Below, piece after piece: positions 1 to 8,950 of a DNA stretch of 64,000 bases. Below the pieces are notes generated by a model. The model was not told the origin of the DNA and did not search any database. It saw nothing but the letters and a program-made list of their open reading frames with translations. Positions within the stretch are counted from its first letter, which is position 1. Every line of letters begins with the position of its first letter. This stretch comes from Candidatus Heimdallarchaeota archaeon (GTDB lineage: Archaea > Asgardarchaeota > Heimdallarchaeia > Heimdallarchaeales > Heimdallarchaeaceae): contig JAAFKI010000094.1 in NCBI GenBank assembly GCA_021399345.1, positions 32,001 to 96,000 on the forward strand, read 5' to 3'. The position numbers and the translations under genes were made by a program.

Positions 1-1
1 A

Positions 2-946
2 ATCAGAGATATAGCCAATCAAACGGATATCACAGAACAATCTTTCATCACGATTTCGTGGGGACAAGGATTCTCTATTCCTTTCTTCGTAGCTTATCCT
101 TTCATAAATAATGTAAATGATACAACATACTACTCTGAAAGTGCAATCTTGTATAGAGAAATGATTTTCAATAGATATACTAACGGAGACAATTCCACAG
201 TTATGATTGATGTACAACCAAGTTTCGATCCATTTGGAAGTTATGTAGAAGATTGGATAAAAGCTACAAGAGAAATAATGACTGATTATGAAGATTCTTC
301 TGGGTTTAAATTCCATCTAGCAGGATCAAGTACTGAAATAGTTGATTCAGTAGATTTAGTTTACGAAATGTTTCCCTTGATGATTGGAATTATTGTAATC
401 ATAGTTTATGTTATAATAGCATTAATGTTTAAATCGGTCTTTATACCACTTCGTCTGATAATAACAATAGGATTAACACTTTCTTGGATTTATGGTTTAA
501 CGGCATTAATCTTTGATGTAGGAATATTTGATGGCATTATTCCTGTTTTACAAGACATCAACCATCTCTACTGGGCAACACCTGTAATGTCATTTTCAAT
601 TCTTATAGGCCTAGGTTTAGACTATGACATCTTCCTCTTATCCAGGGTGTCAGAATATCGAAATAATGGTTATACTGAAAGAGCATCTGTAATTAAAGGA
701 TTGTACAGAACAGGTGGAATCATAAGTATGGCTGGTGTAATTATGGCAATTGCATTTAGTGGGATGATTTTCAGCAGCGTAATGATTCTAAATGAATTTG
801 GATTTATATTAGCATTAGCAGTTCTTGTTGATACTTTCATTATTAGAACTATTTTAGTTCCAGCAATTATGAGTTTAGCCTCTAAATGGAATTGGTGGCC
901 GAGGAAACTTAAACCACCTACGAAAGATCTCAATGATATTGAGTAG
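2..946 (+). CDS. MMPL/RND-family membrane transporter, C-terminal part (5' truncated by window edge)
   Basis: The frame is open from base 2. Motifs ILIGLGLDYDIFLLSRVSE, TGGIISMAG and DTFIIRTILVPA are typical of MMPL C-terminal helices. Confidence 0.9.
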   Translation: MRDIANQTDITEQSFITISWGQGFSIPFFVAYPFINNVNDTTYYSESAILYREMIFNRYTNGDNSTVMIDVQPSFDPFGSYVEDWIKATREIMTDYEDSSGFKFHLAGSSTEIVDSVDLVYEMFPLMIGIIVIIVYVIIALMFKSVFIPLRLIITIGLTLSWIYGLTALIFDVGIFDGIIPVLQDINHLYWATPVMSFSILIGLGLDYDIFLLSRVSEYRNNGYTERASVIKGLYRTGGIISMAGVIMAIAFSGMIFSSVMILNEFGFILALAVLVDTFIIRTILVPAIMSLASKWNWWPRKLKPPTKDLNDIE

Positions 947-950
947 AGAC

Positions 951-974
951 TTTTCTTTCTTTTTCTTCTTTTTC
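951..974 (+). terminator. oligo-T tract, probable archaeal intrinsic terminator
   Basis: ttttctttctttttcttctttttc lies directly after the stop codon at 946. Confidence 0.55.
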
Positions 975-1163
975 ACTAATAATCTAGACTTCAATAAAAT
1001 AGTACGTAAAGTGATTGTAAAATTTTGAAGAAATATTCATTCCAATATAAAAAAATCATTTGTCTTATTTAATACTTCAAGAAAATTTATTAGTCATTAA
1101 AACTTACTTTACCATAACATTCTAGGAAAGGAAGTCATATTTCTCTATTAGTGGTGATTAACT

Positions 1164-1844
1164 ATGTTCGGAGTATATCTTGATGGGTTGAGACAAGCGG
1201 AGGATTTGTTTGGGAAAGGGGATTATGATGAAGCAATGAACCAGCTTAATTTGTTGGAAAAAGGTGTTGAGTTAAACGATATAGAAAAACTAGCTGCTAT
1301 GTTGCTAAATTGTCAGATCATGATTAAGAAAGGAGATTATGAAAAAAGTTTCCTTCTTGCTAAAACAGCCTTTAGAAAAAGCATGGCAATTTCTCATCCA
1401 CTTCTTGTTATTGATTCAACTATCACATTCTTAGATGCAATAAATGGGTTAGGACTGCTTTATGATGCTTCAAATAAAGACCAAAAAGAATTTGTTCAAA
1501 TGATTAATCAAAGTGAAGATATTCTAAAAACCATTACAGATCTAAGTAAGAAGAATAAGGATATTAGGACTGAACATTTAGGAAGAATAAAAGGAATTAT
1601 TGAGTATACCAAAATTAAAACAGTTCCAGTGAAAAAAGATAAAACAAAAGCTAAAATTGCAAGTTTTCCAATTGAGAAAGTGAAAGGAGTTGGTCAAAAA
1701 GCTGTAGAACTAAGGAAAGAAGGTTTCAAGGATGCGAGTCAACTGGCACTTGCAAAAGTAGAAGAACTTACTCCAATAAAAGGTATAGGACCAGCTTCAG
1801 CGAAAAAACTCATTGAAAGTGCTAAAGAACTTCTCAATAAATAA
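1164..1844 (+). CDS. TPR-like helical protein with C-terminal tandem helix-hairpin-helix (HhH) domain
   Basis: The N-terminal AEDLFGKGDYDEA and KKGDYEKSF segments are TPR-like. The C-terminal IEKVKGVGQK...LTPIKGIGPASAKKLIE is an HhH pair. GGTGA SD upstream. Confidence 0.7.
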   Translation: MFGVYLDGLRQAEDLFGKGDYDEAMNQLNLLEKGVELNDIEKLAAMLLNCQIMIKKGDYEKSFLLAKTAFRKSMAISHPLLVIDSTITFLDAINGLGLLYDASNKDQKEFVQMINQSEDILKTITDLSKKNKDIRTEHLGRIKGIIEYTKIKTVPVKKDKTKAKIASFPIEKVKGVGQKAVELRKEGFKDASQLALAKVEELTPIKGIGPASAKKLIESAKELLNK

Positions 1845-1945
1845 AAATTTCTCTCTTTTTTATCTTCTATCAAAAATTGGTGTAGTATCAGCAAAAAAAA
1901 GATATACTGATACACATAATCAACTTAAGAAGTTAGGTAAGAAAG

Positions 1946-4744
1946 ATGAAAGAAGAGAAAAGAGAAGTTTTTATTGTTCCTCATGCACATTGGGATCGTG
2001 AATGGTATCTCCCATTTCAGAGTTTCAGAGTTCAGTTAGTCAAACTTATTGATGATTTGCTTGAAATAACTAAGAAGAAAGATTATTTTTTCATGCTTGA
2101 TGGTCAAACGGTAGTTTTAGAAGATTATTTTGAAATTCGTCCTGAGAAAAAAGATGAGCTTCTAGACTTGATTAGAGAAGGTAAAATTGCTCTTGGTCCA
2201 TGGTATTTACTTCCTGACGAATGGTTGATAGGTCAAGAAAGTTTCATTCGTAATTTAGAAATAAGTATTGATTTAGCTAAGGAATTAAACATACCTTTAA
2301 TGCAGATTGGATATCTTCCAGATCAATTTGGACATACAAGAGCCATTCCTCAAATCCTTTCAAATCTTACTTCGTTCAAAGCAGCTGTTATTTGGAGAGG
2401 GGTAGGTCCTGAAATAATTACTGTGCCTTTCAAATGGAAAAGTGATTATTACTCTCACGATTCAATTCTTGGAGTGTACATGCCAAAAGGTTATGGTAAT
2501 GCTGCAGACTTACCTGATAATGAAACTGATCTAAAAGATTCAATTGTTAACAAAATAGAACAATTAAAGCAATTTTCCCCTGTTCCTTTGTATCTCCTTA
2601 TGTATGGAACTGATCATCAGTTTCCTAATCCAAATATGAATATCTTAACAAAACTTGTAGATATTGAAAACACTGAAATCAACCTCAGTTTGTTAGATAA
2701 TTATGTTACAGAATTGCAAGATTCACTTCAAAGAACAAACTATTTAATACCTGAATATTCTGGTGAATTTCGCTCATCTGCAAGGGCTCATCTTCTTCAA
2801 GATACCTATTCCATGAGGATGTGGATAAAACAGTGGAACCAGAAAATTGAAGATTTACTTGTTCACTATGTGGAACCTTTAATCACTTATTTTTGGTTAT
2901 TCAACAACTATGATTATCCAACATCCTATCTGAATCTAGCATGGAAATGGTTATTGAAAAACCAAACCCATGATGGTATTTGTGGTTGTTCAATAGATCA
3001 AACACATGAAGAAATGAAATCAAGGTTTTATTGGGCTGAAAGCATAGGAGAATCTCAGTTAAATGAATTAAAGGAAGAGTTAGATAAGCTTGAAATTGAG
3101 GGAGATGAATCAAAACTATATGTTTTTAATCCAACTAATAATTCTGACAATCTATCTTTCTTTGATTTCTCTACCCCTGCAAAACAACCGATAGTTGGAT
3201 TACAGGATAGTTTAGGTAACAATTATATGGTTCAATCCTTAAATCCCTCTGAGGAAATTTTGTTTGAAAACACCTTTTCCCCTCTTGTGCTAAAATCAGG
3301 TTTCAGATTGTTACCTGGAAGAAAGATTCTAGATTATTACCTTAACGAGGTATATATCTCTGATAATATTAATCCTGAGATATGTGATGTAACTCTTTTA
3401 TGTGGAAATGTTCCTCTTGGAGATTTCGATGTAGATGAATTTAAGGAGCAAGCAGCTGAAATAATAAACAGTAAGAAATACAAAAAGTATCATGTTAAAG
3501 CATCCTTAGGGTCAAAACAAAACTATGGTGTTCTAGCACCTCTCAATAGTTGGAATTTCAACGAATTTACACTTCTAGAAAAAATGGATTATCTAGAAAA
3601 TGATGCTGAATTCTTATCATCGAAAAATAAGATTACAACCAAATTTTATGAGCTTAAATTTAATTCAGATGGGACTTTCAATTACTTAGATAAAAGAACG
3701 AATACAGAATTTACTCAGCTTCATAAATTTGAAGATTATGGTGATAAGGGAGATGAATATACTTTTGGAAGAATAGGTCCTGAAATTGTAAAAATAAAGA
3801 AAGTGAAAAGAAAACTAACTATTAAAGGACCTCTATTCAGCGAAATTGTACAGGATATGACACTAGAACTTTTTGAACATTTAAATGAGAATCGAGATAA
3901 AAGGGCAGGTAAAGTTACTATTCCTGTTAAAACAGTTTTTCGATTTTATAGAGATATTCCAAGAATAGATATACAAACAACTTTGACCAATTATGCAAAA
4001 GATCACCGTTTGAGAATATGTTTTGACTTACCTTATTCCTCTTTGGAAACACTTACTTCAACACATTTTGGAGTAGTAAAACGTAAAAGTGATCCTATTA
4101 GTTATGATAGTTATGAAGAACAACCTTCTGGTATTCAAGCTCAGAAGAGATTTATTAGAATAGAAGATAGCAGCTCAGATATAGCTTTCTCACTAATGAA
4201 TAAAGGGTTACCTGAAGTTGAACTAGCTAATAATTCCAGAGTAGCGTTAACACTTTTAAGATGTGTAGGTTTTCTTTCCAGAGCAGATTATGATGAAAGA
4301 CCAATGCATGCTGGACCATTTTTAGAGACACCTGGAGCTCAAGAAATTGGTGAAAAATATACCTTTGAATATGGTTTTGTCATTCATTCTAGAGAAGAAC
4401 CTATGTATGAAAGTGATAATCATTCTGAATCATTCTGCTTAAAACCTTGGTCTATCTTAATTCGGAATAGGAATCTTCAGAAACAAATATCTGAATCAAT
4501 TTTACATGTTGTTAATCCATGGATAAGAATCTCTTCAATGCGGAAAAGAAATGACAAGTTATGTATAACTTTCTACAATTTGAACTCAGAGAGTGAATCA
4601 TCAACTTTTCAAGTAAATTCTATATTTACAAAGTTTGAGCAACTCAAAATAGATGGTAAAATAATAGAAAAAGATGATATAAAAGACAATCAGTTTGAAA
4701 TGAGCTTCAAACCTTATGAGATAAAAATGTGTTTCTTCTCCTAA
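1946..4744 (+). CDS. GH38 alpha-mannosidase / mannosylglycerate hydrolase-like
   Basis: HAHWDREWY, LDGQ, PDQFGH and HDGICGCS are GH38 motifs. Confidence 0.92.
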   Translation: MKEEKREVFIVPHAHWDREWYLPFQSFRVQLVKLIDDLLEITKKKDYFFMLDGQTVVLEDYFEIRPEKKDELLDLIREGKIALGPWYLLPDEWLIGQESFIRNLEISIDLAKELNIPLMQIGYLPDQFGHTRAIPQILSNLTSFKAAVIWRGVGPEIITVPFKWKSDYYSHDSILGVYMPKGYGNAADLPDNETDLKDSIVNKIEQLKQFSPVPLYLLMYGTDHQFPNPNMNILTKLVDIENTEINLSLLDNYVTELQDSLQRTNYLIPEYSGEFRSSARAHLLQDTYSMRMWIKQWNQKIEDLLVHYVEPLITYFWLFNNYDYPTSYLNLAWKWLLKNQTHDGICGCSIDQTHEEMKSRFYWAESIGESQLNELKEELDKLEIEGDESKLYVFNPTNNSDNLSFFDFSTPAKQPIVGLQDSLGNNYMVQSLNPSEEILFENTFSPLVLKSGFRLLPGRKILDYYLNEVYISDNINPEICDVTLLCGNVPLGDFDVDEFKEQAAEIINSKKYKKYHVKASLGSKQNYGVLAPLNSWNFNEFTLLEKMDYLENDAEFLSSKNKITTKFYELKFNSDGTFNYLDKRTNTEFTQLHKFEDYGDKGDEYTFGRIGPEIVKIKKVKRKLTIKGPLFSEIVQDMTLELFEHLNENRDKRAGKVTIPVKTVFRFYRDIPRIDIQTTLTNYAKDHRLRICFDLPYSSLETLTSTHFGVVKRKSDPISYDSYEEQPSGIQAQKRFIRIEDSSSDIAFSLMNKGLPEVELANNSRVALTLLRCVGFLSRADYDERPMHAGPFLETPGAQEIGEKYTFEYGFVIHSREEPMYESDNHSESFCLKPWSILIRNRNLQKQISESILHVVNPWIRISSMRKRNDKLCITFYNLNSESESSTFQVNSIFTKFEQLKIDGKIIEKDDIKDNQFEMSFKPYEIKMCFFS

Positions 4745-4755
4745 CCAGTTCATCT

Positions 4756-5307
4756 TTATCTTTTATCTTCAGGATTTCCGACTAGGTATAATTCATTTTT
4801 TGGTTCATCACTTACCCATATTTCACAATTACAATCTTTGAGTTTCTCACTATTCATGATCCAAGACCACCCCTTAGGTCCTTGAAGTATTAATGAAAAG
4901 CTTAACTTATCTGTTATGTTTATAAGGGGATAATAAGCAGCGGATAAACCCAATTTAACACCTTTTGCTGTTAAATAGTTAGTTGAACCCGAATCAGGTT
5001 CTATTTGACCAGAATATCTTACTGAAAGCAGCAATTCATCAAGATTTTGCATTTCTTCAGGAAGTTCTACTGACCAAACCTTTACAGACTTGAGAAAGTG
5101 ATTTTCAAGAACAGATTTCTCTTCAGGCGTAAAATAAGTTTTTTTACCTTTAAACTCAGATGTAACCTCCAACCACTGGAGTTCATTATTTATCATTAAA
5201 TCTATGATAGGTGAAGGATTCCTTATTGTTAAAAAAGCTGAAGCATACATGTTTTGCTCCCGGGGGTTCAATTTTAGTTTTAGATCGACTCTTGTGATTT
5301 TCATCAT
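4756..5307 (-). CDS. hypothetical protein resembling the N-terminal beta domain of M1 aminopeptidases, without catalytic domain
   Basis: Contains LSVRYSGQI, AYYP and FSLILQGPKGW-type motifs. No HEXXH. Confidence 0.5.
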   Translation of the reverse strand: MMKITRVDLKLKLNPREQNMYASAFLTIRNPSPIIDLMINNELQWLEVTSEFKGKKTYFTPEEKSVLENHFLKSVKVWSVELPEEMQNLDELLLSVRYSGQIEPDSGSTNYLTAKGVKLGLSAAYYPLINITDKLSFSLILQGPKGWSWIMNSEKLKDCNCEIWVSDEPKNELYLVGNPEDKR

Positions 5308-5320
5308 TACAACATCTCAG

Positions 5321-6058
5321 TTATGAATTTACTTTACCTAAAATTGCGATATAAGATGCTGAACCTTCTTGTTCCTGCAGAATATGTTTAAGCTTCCATC
5401 CAGTCCCTTTAAGAATCTCTTCCATTTCTTCTTGCGATACTAACAACAAATCCATCCAAGAACTTATTAGTTTCCTGAATCTAGTTCTTATAATAACTTG
5501 TCCTCCAATTCTACCTCTAGATATATTCGATTCAATATAATCTAAATGGTCTTTATTTTTAGTGTTATAAGTATTTACAGAGGGCGCAACTATAGCGGCT
5601 TCATCTGAAGTAATTTTGTAAAATATTTTCAAAAGTCTTTTTGCATTTGTAGGATTTCCAAAGAGCCCAAAATTGTTCCCCATCATTATTATTGTATCAA
5701 ACATACCTAAATTTGGTTGAATATCATTTAAAGATAATAATTTGGCATTTTTTGTTCCACGTAACTTACATACTTTTATTGCTTCTGGGGAGTTGTCAAT
5801 TGATAGAACGTTGAACTTGTTTTTTTGGAGGTAAAGACTATGTCTTCCTGCTCCACAACCAACATCTAAAATTTTACCTCCTACATAGTACATAGCTTCT
5901 TTTTCTAAATCTGACCAATCTTTAAATTCTCTAAAATAGAAAGAAGCTGATTCGTATATACTTAGGTAACCATCATCTCTCTCAATGACATGAGCACTAT
6001 CTTCACCTTTATAGTGGGCATACAAAATTTCACCAAACAGGTCTTCTTCATCCATCAT
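5321..6058 (-). CDS. class I SAM-dependent methyltransferase
   Basis: ILDVGCGAGRH motif I, with IERDDG and MGNNFGLFG family motifs. Confidence 0.9.
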   Translation of the reverse strand: MMDEEDLFGEILYAHYKGEDSAHVIERDDGYLSIYESASFYFREFKDWSDLEKEAMYYVGGKILDVGCGAGRHSLYLQKNKFNVLSIDNSPEAIKVCKLRGTKNAKLLSLNDIQPNLGMFDTIIMMGNNFGLFGNPTNAKRLLKIFYKITSDEAAIVAPSVNTYNTKNKDHLDYIESNISRGRIGGQVIIRTRFRKLISSWMDLLLVSQEEMEEILKGTGWKLKHILQEQEGSASYIAILGKVNS

Positions 6059-6172
6059 ATATGTCCCAGTTTTTGTTATGTTTTACAATTTCATTGAATA
6101 ATAAATAGTTTTCTCGAAAGAATAAATGATTGATTCTGAGAAAAGTTTAAAATACACGATTTCTTTTAGAGC

Positions 6173-6343
6173 ATGATGGAAGAAACTTCTGAAGTAAAAT
6201 TGATTCATAAAATTATTGACATTCTTGGAGGAGGGGCTTTAGGTACAGCTATTATTTTAGGATATATTCTTGCAAGTGTAGGAGTTGTTCTGTTACTGCT
6301 TTATCTAATTAAGTTATTGCATCAGATAATAGTAGGGAGTTAA
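6173..6343 (+). CDS. small membrane protein (56 aa), not in the ORF track
   Basis: Hand translation gives MMEETSEVKLIHKIIDILGGGALGTAIILGYILASVGVVLLLLYLIKLLHQIIVGS*, with a long hydrophobic stretch. TTTAAAA TATA-like box at about 6146. Confidence 0.55.
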   Translation: MMEETSEVKLIHKIIDILGGGALGTAIILGYILASVGVVLLLLYLIKLLHQIIVGS

Positions 6344-6567
6344 CTTTCTTCTTTACCCTTATGGAAGTAAAGCAAGGTTCCAATAATTGTTATAATTGCC
6401 ATAAATATTCCGAAAACTATTACCCATTGCCACCAGGCATAACCATTAGCCCAACATAAACAAACAGCGGAAACTGAAAGTGTCATTAGAAATGCAACAG
6501 GAGCAGCTTTTTTAATCACTTCTCCTTCTATACCAACTTTATCAATTACAGCTGCAGCTAAACTCAT
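6340..6567 (-). pseudogene. probable 3' remnant of an L-lactate permease (LctP-like) gene
   Basis: AAAVIDKVGIEGEVIKK followed by TM helices resembles the conserved LctP C-terminus. There is no room upstream for the rest of the gene (the neighbouring gene ends at 6651). Confidence 0.5.
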
Positions 6568-6650
6568 ACAAGAAGAAGAAATGTACTGACTAAAAATTTT
6601 TCAATAATATCGAAAGAAAAGAAAAATATAGAAAAAAAATGAAGAAATAA

Positions 6651-7433
6651 CTACTGTAAAGTAGCACCGCATTCTGGACAAAATTTACTATCTTCACCTA
6701 ATTTGCTTCCACAATTTGGACAAAATATTTCTTCTTTTAGTTCTTCAGTTCCAGTATAATATTTAGCACTAGGTGTATCTGAAGGTACAGTAGTTGGAGC
6801 TATTGTTGCTCCCTCAATATATTTTAGTAGTTTATTTGAATTTAATATTAAGACTATACCCAATGCAAGCATCAGAATGAATGAAAGAATAGTATTTATC
6901 CATAAAAATGCGTATATTAATCCAAAATTTCCTGAAAAACTAAGTATCAAAGCTACTATAAATTCAAATAAGCCAAAACAGCCATAGATTACAAAAACTG
7001 GTGAATCTATCTTATCTGCTGGTGTTAGTAATTCACTAAATCTCTTGAATGCTACATTTAGTGCAACAAAAGCAACTAACTGTGCCACAATTTGCAAGAC
7101 AGCTGTTACTATCGTAGAAACACCTGGTATAATAAATAGACCTCCAATATTTGCTACAAAAAGAATTATCAGGTAGAAGATAAATCCAAATCGTGCGATA
7201 TTGATTGGAGTACTAGCATCTGGCTTTAATTCTAATACGTTTGTTAAGAAAAACACTATAAAACCTATAGCTAATAGAATCAAGACTAAACCTATGATCA
7301 ATAGAGCTAGGAATGCACTTACGTATATCATAAAGGAACCAACAAGTAAAATCAAAGCTGCGAAAATGAACATAAGTCCAGCATATTTCTGTTGGTTAGC
7401 CGTAGTTTCTTTAATTTTGATTTTATTTAACAT
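6651..7433 (-). CDS. multi-pass membrane protein with C-terminal zinc ribbon
   Basis: About 6 hydrophobic segments and C-terminal CPNC...CPEC. Start moved to ATG 7433, which has a GGAGAG SD-like element upstream. Confidence 0.8.
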   Translation of the reverse strand: MLNKIKIKETTANQQKYAGLMFIFAALILLVGSFMIYVSAFLALLIIGLVLILLAIGFIVFFLTNVLELKPDASTPINIARFGFIFYLIILFVANIGGLFIIPGVSTIVTAVLQIVAQLVAFVALNVAFKRFSELLTPADKIDSPVFVIYGCFGLFEFIVALILSFSGNFGLIYAFLWINTILSFILMLALGIVLILNSNKLLKYIEGATIAPTTVPSDTPSAKYYTGTEELKEEIFCPNCGSKLGEDSKFCPECGATLQ

Positions 7434-7537
7434 GTGAACTCTCTCCAAAAAGAACGAACACAAGGAGAGTATTTAATGGTTTCTGAATAAGAATCACTTA
7501 TGTTATGAAATTCAATTTGATGAATTGGTGTTCAAAA

Positions 7538-7553
7538 AATTGACTGCTCAATT
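7538..7553. promoter_or_regulatory. inverted repeat AATTGA-N4-TCAATT in divergent intergenic region
   Basis: Perfect 6-4-6 palindrome, overlapped by TGTTCAA (7529)...TTGAACA (7552). Confidence 0.35.
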
Positions 7554-7664
7554 GAACATTCAAAAAAGAATCTGATATTCGTACCTTTTTATTGATTCTT
7601 GTGAATATTTATATAATGTTAAGTTAAGGAAATTCCAAGTTTATCCAAACTACTGGTGTAATTA

Positions 7665-8147
7665 ATGAGTGAAAAAGAAAGAATTGAGTTTTTTAAAGAT
7701 CAAATTGAAGTTGAAAAGAAAATCATTGCAGCTGCCCAAAAAGCTGTAAAAGGTCTTAAAAATCCATTAATAAGGGAGATGATTCTTGCTGTAGCTTTAG
7801 ATTCCCAAAAACACGAAACTATGCTGCAAGCTTTACTTGATAGATTAACCGGACCAAGTCCAGCAATTGATGAGAAGGTATCTGAGGAGATTGCTCATGC
7901 AATACACGAACATATGGAACTTGAAGCTCTAGCAATAAAGAAATATAAAGAATATCTAGACGGTCTATGCTGTATTGATAATAAAGAAAAGATTGTAATA
8001 AAAGCAATCTATGAGGATGAACTTAGACATCATGAATTAATGAAGTGGATCTATAAAACTATAGTTGAAAAAGAGACACTCATTGAAGAAGACATCTGGG
8101 ATCATATGTGGAATGATGCCTTTTCACATGGAACACCAGGTGGATAA
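7665..8147 (+). CDS. ferritin-like / rubrerythrin-like four-helix diiron protein
   Basis: Repeated E...(D/E)xxxH pattern (IEVE..DSQKHE and MELE..EDELRHH), with C-terminal HGTPGG. Confidence 0.8.
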   Translation: MSEKERIEFFKDQIEVEKKIIAAAQKAVKGLKNPLIREMILAVALDSQKHETMLQALLDRLTGPSPAIDEKVSEEIAHAIHEHMELEALAIKKYKEYLDGLCCIDNKEKIVIKAIYEDELRHHELMKWIYKTIVEKETLIEEDIWDHMWNDAFSHGTPGG

Positions 8148-8244
8148 GATTAATTTTCACTAAATAGATTTTAGTTGGTTTTTTATACTTTTATTTGTAG
8201 AAAAATTAAATAATATGCTGGTCATAGCTAGTAGATGATAGAAT

Positions 8245-8940
8245 ATGAAGATTAATCTTGATTCCGATAATGAATGGGGTCATTTTATTGATCCTGATTC
8301 ATTTCAAATTGTAGAAATTACTGATGAAGTTCCAGATAAATCCTTTGTTGTTTTCAAAGAACGTGAGTACATTAGTGACATAGATAGAACAGTCATTCAG
8401 ACCACTTATGGGATAATTGATGGCAATAAGCTACAAACAATGAGTAAAAGAGAACTGAGTAAACTAATGTCAAAAGCTTGTGCAAAATATATTATTGATT
8501 TCGAAAAATTGCCTCCAAAAATAATGGTGGAGAAAAAGCTTATTATTGATAAACCCGCACAATTGGGTTTCATTCTGTCCAATCACGATACATTCCACTT
8601 GAAGATAGACAAAACTGCGTTAGAAGGAGGGAATCCCTTTGAGATTATTAATTCTATCATGGAAAATCAGGACTTTAAAACTACTATGTACGATAGAGAA
8701 GAGAAGTGGAAAATTGAATATGCAAAAAGTAGTCGTGCTAAATGCAGAAAGTGTGGTTCAAATATTGAGAAGGATACAATAAGAATAGGCGAACCTCATT
8801 ATTTTGAAGATCACTTAAACTATAGATGGCATCATGAGAAATGCGTATTCCTTCAAAGATTTGAGAAGAAAAATATTAAGGGACTTGATCTTCTAGAAGA
8901 AAAAGATAGAAAGAGGATAGAAGAGATATTGGATTCTTAA
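8245..8940 (+). CDS. hypothetical protein with C-terminal PARP-type zinc finger
   Basis: IEYAKSSRAKCRKC...IEKDTIRIG...RWHHEKC...IKGLDLL matches the zf-PARP consensus (C-x2-C...H-x2-C). Confidence 0.85.
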   Translation: MKINLDSDNEWGHFIDPDSFQIVEITDEVPDKSFVVFKEREYISDIDRTVIQTTYGIIDGNKLQTMSKRELSKLMSKACAKYIIDFEKLPPKIMVEKKLIIDKPAQLGFILSNHDTFHLKIDKTALEGGNPFEIINSIMENQDFKTTMYDREEKWKIEYAKSSRAKCRKCGSNIEKDTIRIGEPHYFEDHLNYRWHHEKCVFLQRFEKKNIKGLDLLEEKDRKRIEEILDS

Positions 8941-8950
8941 ATAAACTCAA

